Shown: positions 62,797 through 64,000 of the stretch, piece after piece
How positions within the stretch are numbered: position 1 is the first letter of the stretch
Layout of the letters: every line of letters begins with the position of its first letter
Assembly: GCA_963693365.1 (NCBI GenBank)
Contig: CAVNZM010000005.1
Location: forward strand, 5,401,167 to 5,465,166
Direction: 5' to 3'
Length of the DNA: 64,000 bases
Origin: Amoebidium appalachense
Lineage: Eukaryota; Protista; Ichthyosporea
Notes under the pieces: generated by a model
The model's database searches: none
What the model was told of the DNA's origin: nothing
What the model saw: only the letters and a program-made list of their open reading frames with translations
Made by a program: the position numbers and the translations under genes

Positions 62797-63518
62797 CTGA
62801 GGGAACGGCCAATAAAGTGCAACAGTCATGATCCCCGACATTAATTTTCTACATATGCGTGTACATGTGTCGTGCATACGAGAGCACGGTGTATGTGTGT
62901 ATGTATGTATGTGTGTATGTATGTATGTGTGCGTGAACATGTGGGGACCATTGCCACTTTATTGGCCGCACTCCCTCCGGCCAATCATTACACGACACGG
63001 ATCCCATGGATACATACATGATAATACTGATATATGCTCCTTGCATGCATAATATGTATGCATTACATTGTACCATAGTGCCCGGTGCATGCAGTGTACC
63101 TGGATGGTCCATATTAGTATGTATGTATACGTAACAATAAAAAAGTATGAATATCGATCGAGTGTGCACGTGCGTGCACGATTGCGACTTTAGTCTTGCT
63201 TATGGTGTCTTAACTTTCTCTCAGAGCTTCTAATGCTAGTATCTGCATATCCATGATCATCTGTATTAGTCGTCAGCTGTAATGTGTACGATGGCACTTA
63301 TGTTACTTACTATCTACATACGTCACCAGCTGCATTTGATTGGCTGCGCTGGAAAGCGCAGCAGGCCGTCAAGTGAGGCTGGGCCCCAGACAGTGTCCGT
63401 AGCAATTAATAGTCCGTAAACCCCCCAAAATAGTCTTGCTTGTGCTCCCTTTCTCAACACATGTTTTGTGGGTTCAACACGGCCAAGGCAAAAAAAAAAA
63501 AAAAAAAAAAAAAGGGAA

Positions 63519-63560
<42 letters not shown>

Positions 63561-63605
63561 TTATTCCGGCGGTTTCCACATCATGAATTTCATACATGAT
63601 ATCTT

Positions 63606-63657
63606 ATAATCAGAACGCGGCATTAACGTAAATTCGTTAATGCCGCGTTCTGATTAT
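63606..63657. other. Perfect inverted repeat: 23-bp stem, 6-nt loop
   Basis: ATAATCAGAACGCGGCATTAACG-taaatt-CGTTAATGCCGCGTTCTGATTAT; the arms are exact reverse complements. Confidence 0.95.
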
Positions 63658-63678
63658 GTGTCAATCAGTTGAGCAGCG

Positions 63679-63719
<41 letters not shown>

Positions 63720-64000
63720 CTCCCCTCCCTCCCTCCCTCTCTTTCCCTCCCTCCCCCCCCCCCCCCCCCCCCTCCCCCTCCCTCCCTCCCTCCCTCCCTC
63801 CCTCCCCCCTCCCTCTCTCCCTCCCTCCCTCCCTCCGAAATACTGCACGCATTGCAGCACATGTACACCTCAGTGAATATAACTGTGCGTGCTGCGTGCC
63901 GGCACTGCGCGCACGCATCACAAGTATACGTGTGAATTCGAATGCACACACACATCCACTAAAAATTTGCATCAACTGGTGAAAAAGGATATTTTAAAAT

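Noticed and set aside
63330-63480. Further exon of NSD or of the convergent gene
   Set aside because: NSD already has a plausible stop at 61626, and I could not build a phase-consistent join on either strand.

Overview
Eukaryotic, intron-rich genomic DNA. I see no rRNA, tRNA, CRISPR or transposase signatures. Almost all supplied six-frame ORFs are microsatellite or homopolymer artefacts, so I assembled the genes by hand from GT/GC-AG sites and exon phase. Genes found: (1) a Tousled-like kinase (+, 5' end not resolved, stop 10263) with one GC-AG intron; (2) an intronless Ser/Pro-rich coiled-coil gene (+, 14663-16018); (3) a 12-exon, ~878-aa type I membrane protein (-, 19438-26633); (4) a 7-exon Sec14/CRAL-TRIO protein (-, 30652-35281); (5) a ~28-exon NSD-family H3K36 methyltransferase with the full animal-type PWWP-PHDx4-PWWP-AWS-SET-postSET-PHD-C5HCH order (+, 38375-61626). 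A unicellular holozoan source such as an ichthyosporean is plausible but is inference only. The most unusual signals are non-coding. A ~135-nt same-strand element with an invariant 16-mer recurs in many NSD introns and was not seen elsewhere in the window. CCAAT boxes in both orientations sit just upstream of many 3' splice sites. Tandem repeats, some carrying CArG boxes, and (GT)n/(CA)n tracts are anchored exactly on splice sites, while intergenic DNA is repeat-free. A perfect 23-bp hairpin lies at 63606-63657.
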